DNA from: a virus
Lineage: Duplodnaviria > Caudoviricetes
IMG/VR virus record: IMGVR_UViG_3300037400_002699
Location: 32,001-96,000 of that record
DNA: 64,000 nucleotides
Reading direction: 5' to 3' (one strand)
Part shown: piece by piece, positions 9,668-18,779 of the stretch
How positions within the stretch are numbered: the stretch's first letter is position 1
Layout of the letters: each line of letters starts with the position of its first letter
Notes under the pieces: model-generated
Seen by the model: only the letters and a program-made list of their open reading frames with translations
Told to the model about the DNA's origin: nothing
Database searches by the model: none
Program-made: the position numbers and the translations under genes

Positions 9668-10000
9668 TTAACAGTTATCACATACCATTTCGTACCAAGT
9701 CTCATCTTCATAGATTTTAAACCCTTCAGACTTGTACAGGTGCAGGGCATTATCATTACCATGAGCACAGGAGAGGTAAATTTTTGTACCTTTGTACTTT
9801 TCTTTAATCCACCTTAGCATAGCTCTGCCAATACCCCTGTTTCGGTTTCTCTTATCCCAAATACCGAAACTATGTAAGTACATACCATCCTTTTTAGGAT
9901 AGACTGAAAGAGACCCTATATTGCGTCCAGTAGCTGTTCTAACAGCATATAGCGTACCGAAAGCCCGTCCCTCCTCAAAATTAAATTCTATTCCATTCAT
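9668..10000 (-). CDS. GNAT acetyltransferase
   Basis: RNRGIGRAML motif A; NDNALHLYKSEGF motif B. Confidence 0.85.
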   Translation of the reverse strand: MNGIEFNFEEGRAFGTLYAVRTATGRNIGSLSVYPKKDGMYLHSFGIWDKRNRNRGIGRAMLRWIKEKYKGTKIYLSCAHGNDNALHLYKSEGFKIYEDETWYEMVCDNC

Positions 10001-10026
10001 CTTGCTTATTTATTACTTTTCTGCTG

Positions 10027-10058
10027 CAAAGATAAATAAAAAAAACGAGATAACCAAA
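10027..10058 (-). promoter_or_regulatory. Bacteroidota-type sigma promoter overlapping the upstream gene's terminator
   Basis: CAAAGATA 10027-10034 and CAAA 10055-10058, 20-nt spacer. Confidence 0.75.
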
Positions 10059-10095
10059 TGTTACCCCGTTTTTTTAATGTTTTTTAATGATTGGA

Positions 10096-10602
10096 TTACC
10101 AACCGAAGTCTTCACAATCCCACCAGTGGGTCTCTCCAATCAGCTCACAACCTGGAACTTCGTTCCTCATAGGAGGTGGACAGCTCACTGGCTTACGGAT
10201 TGCACCGCAGCGGTGTGTGATAACGTCCTCTGGAGTTGCCAAACCACGGGCGATGCAGTCCTCACCTGCCTCGACGAACTTGTCGAATGCTGCGTGGTCA
10301 CTCTCGAACTGCCAACGCTTGTCGTAGTCCTCACAACGAGGTTCTGTAATTTTGAACTCTGCGCCGAAACGCTTATTCTCACATGCTGGTGTTCCAGCGA
10401 TTCCCCACTCTGGGGCAGGACCGCCACAACCGCATGGGTTTGGACGAGGTGTCCACTGTGGCTTAGGAGCAGGACGTGGTGTCCATGCTGGCTTGCTACA
10501 ACGAGGCTCTGGTTTTTCAAAAGCTTCCTTCAATGCCTCACTAATCTTCTCAACTACGTTTCCGAACGTAGGAACTCCGATAACAAAAATTTTTGCTTCC
10601 AT
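10096..10602 (-). CDS. Pro/Cys-rich hypothetical protein with WTPRP repeats
   Basis: Own promoter and terminator; PAWTPRPAPKPQWTPRPNP. Confidence 0.7.
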   Translation of the reverse strand: MEAKIFVIGVPTFGNVVEKISEALKEAFEKPEPRCSKPAWTPRPAPKPQWTPRPNPCGCGGPAPEWGIAGTPACENKRFGAEFKITEPRCEDYDKRWQFESDHAAFDKFVEAGEDCIARGLATPEDVITHRCGAIRKPVSCPPPMRNEVPGCELIGETHWWDCEDFGW

Positions 10603-10658
10603 AACTATTTTAAAAGTTTAAAAATAAGATGTTTTCTGTAAATTTCTGATTTACGATG

Positions 10659-10690
10659 CAAAGATATATATTTTTTTTCGTAATTCCAAA
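10659..10690 (-). promoter_or_regulatory. Bacteroidota-type sigma promoter
   Basis: CAAAGATA 10659-10666 and CAAA 10687-10690, 20-nt spacer. Confidence 0.8.
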
Positions 10691-10817
10691 TTTTCGACTA
10701 TTTTTTTTTGAAAAATCTTTCTCTGTCCTTCTCTACCTTATTTAATATAGCAGTCTTAACGTTGTTGCTGAGTGTTGTAGTACACCTGGAGATAGAGCCA
10801 CTCTGTGTCTCGTCTAA

Positions 10818-11267
10818 TTATCTTCTTCCACCTACGTGTCCACCACCCCTTGGTGCTGGTCTTCTAGGCGTAGTTGCTCTCGGTGCTGGTGTTGGTCTGT
10901 TGTTACCAGGCCTTATGTTATTTCTCCCTGGCTCAATACGTCTACCACCAGGTCTGCCAACATGCGCTGGCCTTCTAGGTCTTACAGTTCTGTACTCTGG
11001 GAAATATGGTCTTGTTCTATGTCTGTCAAACACATACACTCTTCCATTGAAGTATCTTGGAGTGTAGTACACATTCCTGTACAAGTACCATAGGAGCACG
11101 TTGTCAGCAGAGTAATATGGAACTCCATATGCCATTACAAGGCGTATATCTATGTTTCCGTCATAGATAGCATATACACCATCAGTTTCTGCCTGTACTG
11201 TAGCTACGCATGATGTCATACAGAGACACATAGCAGCAATTGTCAAAAGTTTAATAAAATTCTTCAT
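10818..11267 (-). CDS. Putative lipoprotein with Arg/Pro/Gly-rich tail
   Basis: Signal peptide with lipobox-like MTSC; Tyr-rich core; disordered basic C-terminus. Confidence 0.7.
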   Translation of the reverse strand: MKNFIKLLTIAAMCLCMTSCVATVQAETDGVYAIYDGNIDIRLVMAYGVPYYSADNVLLWYLYRNVYYTPRYFNGRVYVFDRHRTRPYFPEYRTVRPRRPAHVGRPGGRRIEPGRNNIRPGNNRPTPAPRATTPRRPAPRGGGHVGGRR

Positions 11268-11295
11268 AAGCGTATACTGTTTTCTATAACTAGTG

Positions 11296-11335
11296 CAAAG
11301 ATATATGTATTTTTTCTAAAATACAAGTATTTATA
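11296..11335. promoter_or_regulatory. Back-to-back promoters: host-type (minus strand) and TATTTATA late-type (plus strand)
   Basis: CAAAGATA 11296-11303 with CAAG 11324-11327 (20-nt spacer); TATTTATA 11328-11335 upstream of 11393. Confidence 0.7.
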
Positions 11336-11392
11336 GAAGAAATAGGGATTTTCTAACGTTTTTTAGGAAAAAGCCTACTGGAGGATAGGAAT

Positions 11393-11779
11393 ATGAAAAA
11401 GGTAATTAGATTAACAGAAGGTGACCTTCACAAGATTGTGAAAGAGTCGGTTAAAAAGATATTGAAGGAGTATAATTTCAATGCTGTTCGCAGTGTTGAA
11501 ACAAAGCTGAAGATGGCTGCTGCAAAAGCTCAATATGGAAGATATAATGAGGCTGCTAGAATGATAGAGGAGGCATCGGAGCTTGTTGAACAGTACAACG
11601 ACAAACTAATCCAAGCATTAGGTGAAGACGAGTATGAGCAACTAGTTAAGATACTAGATGCAATGGTTCGCCCAATGCCCGTAGACGGAAAAATTCTATT
11701 GAGGCTCATAACCAAGGCATTGGCTATCATAAAGAATGGATATAAGACAGATGATAAAATTGAATTTGGTGAAATATAA
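11393..11779 (+). CDS. Putative internal head protein with head-targeting leader
   Basis: Begins MKKVIRLTEGDLHKIVKESVKKILKE; late-type motif upstream; helical payload. Confidence 0.75.
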   Translation: MKKVIRLTEGDLHKIVKESVKKILKEYNFNAVRSVETKLKMAAAKAQYGRYNEAARMIEEASELVEQYNDKLIQALGEDEYEQLVKILDAMVRPMPVDGKILLRLITKALAIIKNGYKTDDKIEFGEI

Positions 11780-11793
11780 AAAAGGGAGCTTAA

Positions 11794-12225
11794 TCAGCCC
11801 CCCTTTTTTTTATAATGTGACATAGCCTTTTTCAAATAATCGTTTGTTCCTGCTGCTGTGTAGCCAGGACCGCCATTCCAAATTCTGATGGCTTTTTCTA
11901 CGTCGTTGGACTTGTTTAAGTACGTCTGGTACATTACAAACATTTCCTTTGACTTCTGAACGTTATATCTGTCTACCAAGGTATAACGTTTTTTAGATTT
12001 CTTGGCTTTTAACCAAGTATTACACTGCTTCACTAACCCTGGTGTAATCTGTAAGATTCCAGCACAATCACCTATCGGATTATGTGCCTTAGGGTTTCCC
12101 TTACTTTCTACTTGTATGATGGCATCAATTACTGGTGTCCAGTCATACGCTTTTTTCTTTTGTGCCGCTACGCTAATAGGAAGCATCAGCATGCACGTTA
12201 AAATTAATTTTTTCAGTCTCATCAT
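11794..12225 (-). CDS. Lytic transglycosylase (SLT/lysozyme-like) with signal peptide; candidate endolysin
   Basis: IIQVESKGNP catalytic Glu motif, GILQI and WNGGPG; N-terminal signal peptide ending SVAA. Confidence 0.85.
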   Translation of the reverse strand: MMRLKKLILTCMLMLPISVAAQKKKAYDWTPVIDAIIQVESKGNPKAHNPIGDCAGILQITPGLVKQCNTWLKAKKSKKRYTLVDRYNVQKSKEMFVMYQTYLNKSNDVEKAIRIWNGGPGYTAAGTNDYLKKAMSHYKKKGG

Positions 12226-12239
12226 ATATAAAATTTAGT

Positions 12240-12310
12240 GAGGCTCGTATGCAGTATGCTGCACCGATATGGTGACGATATGTGAGAGCGAGTTACGTCA
12301 CCGTCTCCTC
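12240..12310. ncRNA. GC-rich structured intergenic element (multi-stem, possible pseudoknot)
   Basis: GGTGACG 12271-77 / CGTCACC 12296-302; TGCAG 12250-54 / CTGCA 12259-63; GCTCGT 12243-48 can pair with GCGAGT 12288-93; GAGG/CCTC ends. Confidence 0.45.
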
Positions 12311-12323
12311 TTATTAATTAACC

Positions 12324-12713
12324 TTACTTGATGTTCCTCAAGAAGTCGTAACTTGTCAGATTTCCAAGCTTAAGCTTTGGTGACCTGTTGTACCAATCCT
12401 TGGCAATCTGGAGGAACAATCCCTTTCTTTCTAACTCATTTGCTATTAATTTATGATAATTTTCTTCTGATTCTAGTTGGTCTACCACATCGTCAATCCA
12501 TGCGGACTCACTAGTTGGTATTCCGTTCATTAACTTTACGAACACGGCAAGAGGCTTCATCGTGCCATTGCTATTCTTACCCTGGTACTGACCCTGCGTG
12601 TAGTTATCGTCCAAGAATTTCTTCACCATGAGAATCTTGTCTGCATATGATTCATTGATAATCTGCCTTTTGACAGTATCGAAAGCTCTTTCTGATAATA
12701 TTATCTTCTTCAT
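12324..12713 (-). CDS. Putative internal head protein with degenerate leader
   Basis: MKKIILSERAFDTVKRQIINES; TATTTAT motif at 12733-12739 on minus strand. Confidence 0.7.
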   Translation of the reverse strand: MKKIILSERAFDTVKRQIINESYADKILMVKKFLDDNYTQGQYQGKNSNGTMKPLAVFVKLMNGIPTSESAWIDDVVDQLESEENYHKLIANELERKGLFLQIAKDWYNRSPKLKLGNLTSYDFLRNIK

Positions 12714-12739
12714 GTCATAACATGCATTTATAATAAATA

Positions 12740-13303
12740 TCAGCTTAACAGCTTTTTGTTCAATGGCATCATATAGAACACAGCCTCTGGTATTCTAAAC
12801 ACCTCTATGAACCCTAGCCTCTGCCAGTATGCGTGGGTCTTCAAGTCAATCTCAACTGCAATCCATATAAAATCGTAGTTTTTAATCAAGAACTCAATGT
12901 TGTGGAACAGCATCTTTCTGTCAAGACCTGTGCCCCTCAATCTCTCGTCAATGATGAACGAGTGACCGTTGACCTGTGAGAACTGACCCAGGTAGTCAGC
13001 CATGTCATTATTTATATGTTTCAACGGACTTCCAATGGCTATTGGATATTCACAGAACATCAACAGTCCATAGATGTCGCCCGTGTACTTATCAACCAGC
13101 TTTATAGACTCATCCAGTCTTGCCCTGGACTGTATCAACTGCTGGAAGGCTTCCTCCTCTGAGTACATATCGAATGCCTTGGCTAAAGTGTTGCATATTG
13201 CTTCAATGTCGCCTTGGCAGGTCTTCTGGATTTCTATCCTTTCTAACAAGTCGTTTTTACTTAAATCGTTGTCTACGAGCTTGTTACATAAATCTATCAT
13301 CAT
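12740..13303 (-). CDS. GNAT acetyltransferase
   Basis: IDERLRGTGLD motif A; YWQRLGF motif B. Confidence 0.75.
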   Translation of the reverse strand: MMIDLCNKLVDNDLSKNDLLERIEIQKTCQGDIEAICNTLAKAFDMYSEEEAFQQLIQSRARLDESIKLVDKYTGDIYGLLMFCEYPIAIGSPLKHINNDMADYLGQFSQVNGHSFIIDERLRGTGLDRKMLFHNIEFLIKNYDFIWIAVEIDLKTHAYWQRLGFIEVFRIPEAVFYMMPLNKKLLS

Positions 13304-13325
13304 AGTCGATAACGATTTACAAGTG

Positions 13326-13357
13326 CAAAGATATACAATTTTTTTGTAATAACCAAA
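13326..13357 (-). promoter_or_regulatory. Bacteroidota-type sigma promoter
   Basis: CAAAGATA 13326-13333 and CAAA 13354-13357, 20-nt spacer. Confidence 0.8.
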
Positions 13358-13472
13358 AATTTACGTATAAATTTACTTATTTTAACAAAAAGGAGAAGGG
13401 ATTTAGTGCCCCCTCCTCCCTAAAAAGTAGTTAATATGATAACAAAATATTTAAAAAATTATGAGGTCTAGT

Positions 13473-15956
13473 TTATTTAATTTCAATCTGCTCATTTGAG
13501 CATGACGCGCTGAATACGTAGTTTGACGGATATTCGTTCGTCAACATGAGGTCTGTAATTTTATCCTCTAAGTTGGTCTGTATAAGCCTTATGATAGGTC
13601 TAGCACCGAACTCCTTGGATTTGAGGGCTTCTGCATGTATACAGGTAACAACATCATCAGTATACGTAATACTATACTCTAACGTATTAAGCCTCTTATT
13701 AAACTTATCTATTTCTAATTTAACAATATCTCTAAGATTATCATCTGATAATGAATTGAAATATACTATCTGGTCCAATCTATTAATAAACTCTGGAGTA
13801 AATTTTTTCTTTAATTCCTTATCAATAATAGATTTCTTATTAGATTCCTCACTGTTAACGAAACCAAGACCATTACCAAGCTCTGCTGCCTTCCTAGCAC
13901 CTATATTCGAGGTCATGAGGACGATAACATTCTTGAAGTTGACAATCTGTCCAGCACTGTCCGTAAGTCGTCCCTCGTCGAATAACTGAAGGAATATGTT
14001 ATAAACCTCCTGGTCTGCCTTTTCAATCTCATCAAGGAGTAATACACAGTGCTGCTTGTGCTTCACAGCCTCAGTAAGCTGCCCACCGTTCTCGTAACCT
14101 ACATATCCTGGTGCTGCTCCAGTAAGCTTTGCTACAGAGTTTTTCTCTGAGTATTCAGACATATCAATCCTTATGAGTGCCTTCTCGTCTCCGAAGATTT
14201 CCTCAGCCAGCTTCTTGGCAATGAGAGTCTTACCAGAACCAGTAGGGCCTACCATTAAGATATTAGCTAGTGTTTTCGACTTGTCACCAAGTCCTACCTT
14301 GTTTCTCTTGATAACCCTGCAAACGCTGTCAACTGCCTCGTCCTGCCCTATGATACTCTCCTTGAGAATCTTGTCGATGTTGGCAATCTTAGCCTTCTCA
14401 CTGACTGACAGCTTGCTCACTGGAATCTTGGTCATTTCAGACACAACGTCTGCAATGTTGTCCTCAGTGATTTCTATTGTATCTATCTTAAGCTTCTTAA
14501 TGTCTCTCTTATAGTCTGCCATGTCTGAAGCCAGTACGTTCTCTTCTATCGTGAGTGAGTCAATGAGTTCAAAGTCTCCGTTATTAAGTGCTGTGTATTT
14601 CTCATTCTCAATTTCTCTCATTCTCTTTTTCGTATTCTGTATTTCTACTGGTTCTCTCTCCAGGAGTGATGTACCAGCACCAGCAAGGTCTATGATATCG
14701 AATGCTGAGTCTGGAAGACACCTGTCAGTAATGTATCTGTCAGCAAGTTCAATTGCTTTCTTAATGGTTTTATCACTGTATGTAACCCTGTGGAATTCTT
14801 CATAATATCTCTTGTTGTGGTCAAGGATTGCAGTCGCCTCCTCTATCGTGTTAGGCTCAATGACAATCTTCTGTAACTTTCTTGAAATAGATGAATTACT
14901 TTCTATTGAGTTCCTGTATTCCTTAAATGTAGTAGTACCGATAATCTTCAGTTTACCTTCTGATAAGGCGTTACTAATCATACCAGATATGTCAGTGTCC
15001 TTATCCTTGCTTCCACTCTTCAATACATTCTGCATGTCGTCGATGAACAGGATATACTTGTCGGATGCTTGTAATTCAGTGAACAATCCATTGATTCTCT
15101 CCTCGAACATTCCTCTAAAGTGTGTTCCACTTACCAATGCCATGATGTTGAGCATTACAATCTCCTTACCTTCAAGCACTGATGGAACTTTACCTTCTTC
15201 AATGAGGTTTGCAAGCCCATAGACGATAGCTGTCTTTCCGCAGCCTCCACGTCCTACCAGAACTGCATTGTTCTTCTTTCTTCTGGAAAGGGTCTTAATG
15301 ATTTCCTTTATCTCATTTTCTCTCCCAATCACGTCGTCAATCTCACCGTTCTTAGCCATCTTGTTGAGGCTTGTGGTGTATTTCGTGATGAAGTCGTCAG
15401 CCAGACTTGACACTGATTTGGCATTGACCTGGCTCTTGAGAGGTATACCATTTCCCTTTGCCTTGAGACCCTTCGGAGCTTTCAACTCACCCTTCTCTTT
15501 ATTAGGAGTATCGCACTTGTTCTGTATGAACTCGTACTCAAGTCTGAACTTGTCGAACACTTCTGCGTTCTTGAATCCGTACTCCTTATTGAGAACAGCA
15601 AGCAGGATGTGTTCTGTTCCTATTTCTATATTCTTTAATTTATCTCTTTCCTTTTGGGCACACTCAAGCAATCTCACCAGCTCATCATTAAATCTGATGT
15701 CGTCCATTTTCACTTGAGGGTTCATATGCGATTCAATAGCAGACACATACACCTTCCTCAGCTCATCCAGGTTGTTTGACATAAGACAGTTGTCAAGGAT
15801 AAGGTTCGCATGACAGTTTCTAATGTCCAGCATTGATAAAATAAGGTACTCTGGTGTAAGTAAGTCCGTAGGGAATTCATGAATGAGGGTATCAGTCATA
15901 TATGACATTACCTCATTAAGTTCTAATGTGTAAGAATTATCTTTTTTTCTACTCAT
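13473..15956 (-). CDS. clpC: ClpC-like Hsp100 AAA+ ATPase
   Basis: Clp N-domain (EHILLA); NBD1 GRGGCGKT; UVR-like middle helix; NBD2 GPTGSGKT and LLDEIEKA; GYVGY pore loop; LGF ClpP-binding loop; GARP. Likely start MSRKK at 15956 (ORF track 15992). Confidence 0.9.
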   Translation of the reverse strand: MSRKKDNSYTLELNEVMSYMTDTLIHEFPTDLLTPEYLILSMLDIRNCHANLILDNCLMSNNLDELRKVYVSAIESHMNPQVKMDDIRFNDELVRLLECAQKERDKLKNIEIGTEHILLAVLNKEYGFKNAEVFDKFRLEYEFIQNKCDTPNKEKGELKAPKGLKAKGNGIPLKSQVNAKSVSSLADDFITKYTTSLNKMAKNGEIDDVIGRENEIKEIIKTLSRRKKNNAVLVGRGGCGKTAIVYGLANLIEEGKVPSVLEGKEIVMLNIMALVSGTHFRGMFEERINGLFTELQASDKYILFIDDMQNVLKSGSKDKDTDISGMISNALSEGKLKIIGTTTFKEYRNSIESNSSISRKLQKIVIEPNTIEEATAILDHNKRYYEEFHRVTYSDKTIKKAIELADRYITDRCLPDSAFDIIDLAGAGTSLLEREPVEIQNTKKRMREIENEKYTALNNGDFELIDSLTIEENVLASDMADYKRDIKKLKIDTIEITEDNIADVVSEMTKIPVSKLSVSEKAKIANIDKILKESIIGQDEAVDSVCRVIKRNKVGLGDKSKTLANILMVGPTGSGKTLIAKKLAEEIFGDEKALIRIDMSEYSEKNSVAKLTGAAPGYVGYENGGQLTEAVKHKQHCVLLLDEIEKADQEVYNIFLQLFDEGRLTDSAGQIVNFKNVIVLMTSNIGARKAAELGNGLGFVNSEESNKKSIIDKELKKKFTPEFINRLDQIVYFNSLSDDNLRDIVKLEIDKFNKRLNTLEYSITYTDDVVTCIHAEALKSKEFGARPIIRLIQTNLEDKITDLMLTNEYPSNYVFSASCSNEQIEIK

Positions 15957-16029
15957 AATTTTTTTTTGTTTTACATAATAAAATGTAATCATTGACGTTT
16001 AAAAAACAATAAAAAAAGTTTGTAATTTT

Positions 16030-16061
16030 CTTGCTTTTTTAACATTTTTTATATATCTTTG
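16030..16061 (+). promoter_or_regulatory. Bacteroidota-type sigma promoter
   Basis: CTTG 16030-33, 20-nt spacer, TATCTTTG 16054-61. Confidence 0.8.
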
Positions 16062-16081
16062 CAAAAAATAGTTAAGAGACT

Positions 16082-16576
16082 ATGAAGATTTTTAATTTCT
16101 ATTCGAACGATGTTGACAGGACGTGGTATCAGTCCTCTAACATCAAGTACAGCGAGTGCATTGACCATGACAATGACTTGAAGACGTTGATTGTGGTATT
16201 CAACAATGGCACTCAATACAGGTATGAAAAGGTGGATGTCAGAGACTATCTGCTTTTTAAGAACGATGAAAGCCAGGGAAGGGCATTGAATCAGTACATC
16301 AAAACCAAGGGTTATGCCTTTGAGAAGATGGAGAATGCCGACCTAGCTACTCTTGATGGTGAACTCAGCTTCAGAATGGAAGGTGGTGTGTTCATCGACT
16401 ACGACGGTAAAATTATCAAGATGAGGAACAACAAGGATGAGGTTGTGTTCGAGAAGGAGGTAAAGCTTAACAAGGACGCTCTCAATGTCATTTGCGGCAT
16501 CTTGGTAGCTGCTGGTAAGGATGTTAAACTAATCACTACGGAGGAATTCGACAATGGAGAAACAGGAGAAGATTAG
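16082..16576 (+). CDS. KTSC-domain protein
   Basis: SSNIKY...LIVVFNNGTQYRYEKV...ESQGRALNQYIK pattern. Confidence 0.75.
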   Translation: MKIFNFYSNDVDRTWYQSSNIKYSECIDHDNDLKTLIVVFNNGTQYRYEKVDVRDYLLFKNDESQGRALNQYIKTKGYAFEKMENADLATLDGELSFRMEGGVFIDYDGKIIKMRNNKDEVVFEKEVKLNKDALNVICGILVAAGKDVKLITTEEFDNGETGED

Positions 16577-16865
16577 ACAGTACGAGAGGGCACTTGAAAT
16601 GTGGGGAGTGACTGCACAGTTCAAGATGTTGGTTGAAGAGATTGGAGAGTTATTTGCGGCTCTTGGAAAATTTGACAGGAGACGTGTTGAGGAAGATGAT
16701 GTCATAACTGAGATTGCTGATGCATCCATCATGGTTGAGCAAATGGCAACACTTTTTGGATATGACAGATTCGAAGCAGAGAAGGATAGAAAATTACAAA
16801 GATTAAAGGAAAGGCTAGATAAACATGACGAACAAAAGCATAAGCCAGAGGCTCAAGGAAATTGA
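16554..16865 (+). CDS. MazG-like nucleotide pyrophosphohydrolase
   Basis: EEIGEL...EIAD acidic helix pair. Confidence 0.75.
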   Translation: MEKQEKIRQYERALEMWGVTAQFKMLVEEIGELFAALGKFDRRRVEEDDVITEIADASIMVEQMATLFGYDRFEAEKDRKLQRLKERLDKHDEQKHKPEAQGN

Positions 16866-17046
16866 TGAGGAAATATCTGCGCTCTACCAGGAGAAGCATA
16901 TGTTGGAAATGGAACAGCAGGAGTATTGGAGAAAGATGGGCTGGACAGGAACTTTCATTGCAAAGGCTGAAGACGTGCCTATAGCTTGGATGGCTGACTC
17001 AGAAGATAACTTAGATAAACTGTACGAGTATGGGAATACTTATTAG
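16825..17046 (+). CDS. Hypothetical protein
   Basis: Overlapping operon arrangement; coiled-coil N-terminus. Confidence 0.6.
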   Translation: MTNKSISQRLKEIDEEISALYQEKHMLEMEQQEYWRKMGWTGTFIAKAEDVPIAWMADSEDNLDKLYEYGNTY

Positions 17047-17581
17047 TTCATTTCCTGGGTGTGGTAAGACTTACTTAATGAACACTCACGGAAGCAAGGC
17101 AAAGATGCTTGATGCAACAACGCTGATGGGAGGAGGACAAGATGGCGAATACAACTACAACCTGTGGGTTGACAACATAATGGATGAGGTCGATGACTAC
17201 GATATTGTCTTTGTTCCAGTTGCAGAAAGGTTGCTTGAAACATTGAATAACAGAAAGATTGACTATGATATTTTCTACCCATCAAAGGACAGGAGAAAGG
17301 AGTTCCTGGAGAATATGGTTAGGAAAAGAGCCTTGAGAAATGATATAATGATGCTTGACAGGGAGTTTGATAAAATTGTTGACAGAATAGATGCAATTGA
17401 GTCTGACAACTGTTACAAGCACAAGATGGAGGAACTTGGTCACTTCATAGGCAATGATGCTGCCATCATGCAGTATATAAATAATGTAGAGTTAAATAAT
17501 AAAAAAAATGAGCAGAAACCTAGCGAAGGAGTGGAGGAATCTCCACGAGGCAAGGAGGATAATGAGGAGGATGAAGCATGA
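17030..17581 (+). CDS. P-loop NTPase / nucleotide kinase-like protein
   Basis: N-terminal ISSFPGCGKT Walker A. Confidence 0.7.
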   Translation: MGILISSFPGCGKTYLMNTHGSKAKMLDATTLMGGGQDGEYNYNLWVDNIMDEVDDYDIVFVPVAERLLETLNNRKIDYDIFYPSKDRRKEFLENMVRKRALRNDIMMLDREFDKIVDRIDAIESDNCYKHKMEELGHFIGNDAAIMQYINNVELNNKKNEQKPSEGVEESPRGKEDNEEDEA

Positions 17582-17648
17582 GCTTCGTGAACTCGATGGT
17601 ATGATGGCAACCGCATGGAAGGAAGTATGCCAACCAGCTAATAATTAA
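17508..17648 (+). CDS. Small hypothetical protein (46 aa, not in ORF track)
   Basis: ATG after an A-rich leader; MSRNLAKEWRNLHEARRIMRRMKHELRELDGMMATAWKEVCQPANN; fills the gap to thyA. Confidence 0.45.
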   Translation: MSRNLAKEWRNLHEARRIMRRMKHELRELDGMMATAWKEVCQPANN

Positions 17649-17663
17649 TTAAATTAGTATTAT

Positions 17664-18779
17664 ATGAATAATGTAGACAAACAATATCTCTCATTATTAT
17701 CCGATATAATGGAAAATGGTGTTGAGAAGGATACGAGGGCTGGACGTGTCAAGTCCTTATTTGGAAAACAGCTTAGGTTCGACCTCAAGAAGGGATTTCC
17801 ACTGCTTACAACCAAGAAGGTGTTCACCAAGGGTGTTATTCATGAATTGCTGTGGTTCTTACAACGTCCGTACAATTCTCATGGAAGTATGAATATAGAG
17901 TACCTTGTGAGGAATAAGGTATATATCTGGAATGATGACGCTTATAGATGGTACAAGGAATGGATTAATAAAAACATTGTAGAACCACATGAAGTTGATT
18001 ATGAGTTTTTTGTTTGCGTTGGCGATGATGAAAGAGGTAATAAGCCTGGCTTTGAATATTGGATAGATGGTGCTAACAAGAAGGGAAACTTGGAGTGGTT
18101 AATCAATATTGACAAAGAAGAATTCATTGACCTTGTTATCCAAAAGGTTGAAATCCGTACAAACACACATTACAGTTACGTAGGTCAAAAGGTGTATAGA
18201 TTCGGTGACTTAGGACCTGTTTATGGTGCTCAATGGCGTTCATTTGGCTATAGAAGCTATAAAAAAATAGACCAGATACAGAATATCATTGACACCCTTA
18301 AGACCAATCCAAATGACAGGAGAATGCTCTGTGTGGCATATCATCCAGCATTCATCAAGGACATGGCATTGCCTCCTTGTCACGTGATGTTCCAGTTCTA
18401 CACCAGAGAGCTTACGGAGGCTGAGAAGAAAGAATATGGCGTTGACTATGGACTCAGCTGTATGTGGGTACAGCGTAGCGTTGACACGGTATTAGGACTG
18501 CCATTTAACATTGCCTCGTATGCTCTGCTAACGCATATAATAGCTAAGCAGGTCGGAATGATACCAGATGAACTTATAGGAAGTCTTGGCGACTGTCACA
18601 TATATGAAGCTCATTTTGATGCTGTTAAGGAACAGTTGTCTAGAGAAGGTAGTAAAAATTTACCAAAGCTAGAAATTGAAGGAGAACACATAATGATTGA
18701 AGACTTCAAATTTGAAGAGTTTAAAATAGTGGGTTATGAACCAGACCCACCGATTAAAGCACCATTGTTAGTAGGATAA
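17664..18779 (+). CDS. thyA: Thymidylate synthase with large insertion
   Basis: FPLLTTKK, ELLWFL, GDLGPVYGAQWR, MALPPCH, QRSVD, GLPFNIASY and DCHIY motifs. Confidence 0.95.
   Translation: MNNVDKQYLSLLSDIMENGVEKDTRAGRVKSLFGKQLRFDLKKGFPLLTTKKVFTKGVIHELLWFLQRPYNSHGSMNIEYLVRNKVYIWNDDAYRWYKEWINKNIVEPHEVDYEFFVCVGDDERGNKPGFEYWIDGANKKGNLEWLINIDKEEFIDLVIQKVEIRTNTHYSYVGQKVYRFGDLGPVYGAQWRSFGYRSYKKIDQIQNIIDTLKTNPNDRRMLCVAYHPAFIKDMALPPCHVMFQFYTRELTEAEKKEYGVDYGLSCMWVQRSVDTVLGLPFNIASYALLTHIIAKQVGMIPDELIGSLGDCHIYEAHFDAVKEQLSREGSKNLPKLEIEGEHIMIEDFKFEEFKIVGYEPDPPIKAPLLVG

Noticed and set aside
13546-15717. Long antisense or alternate-frame ORFs over clpC, portal, terminase, fibre genes and the 5.7-6.5 kb and 10.1-10.6 kb regions
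   Set aside because: These are shadow ORFs caused by codon bias of the real genes. They have Ser/Leu/Ile-rich composition and no motifs or expression signals.
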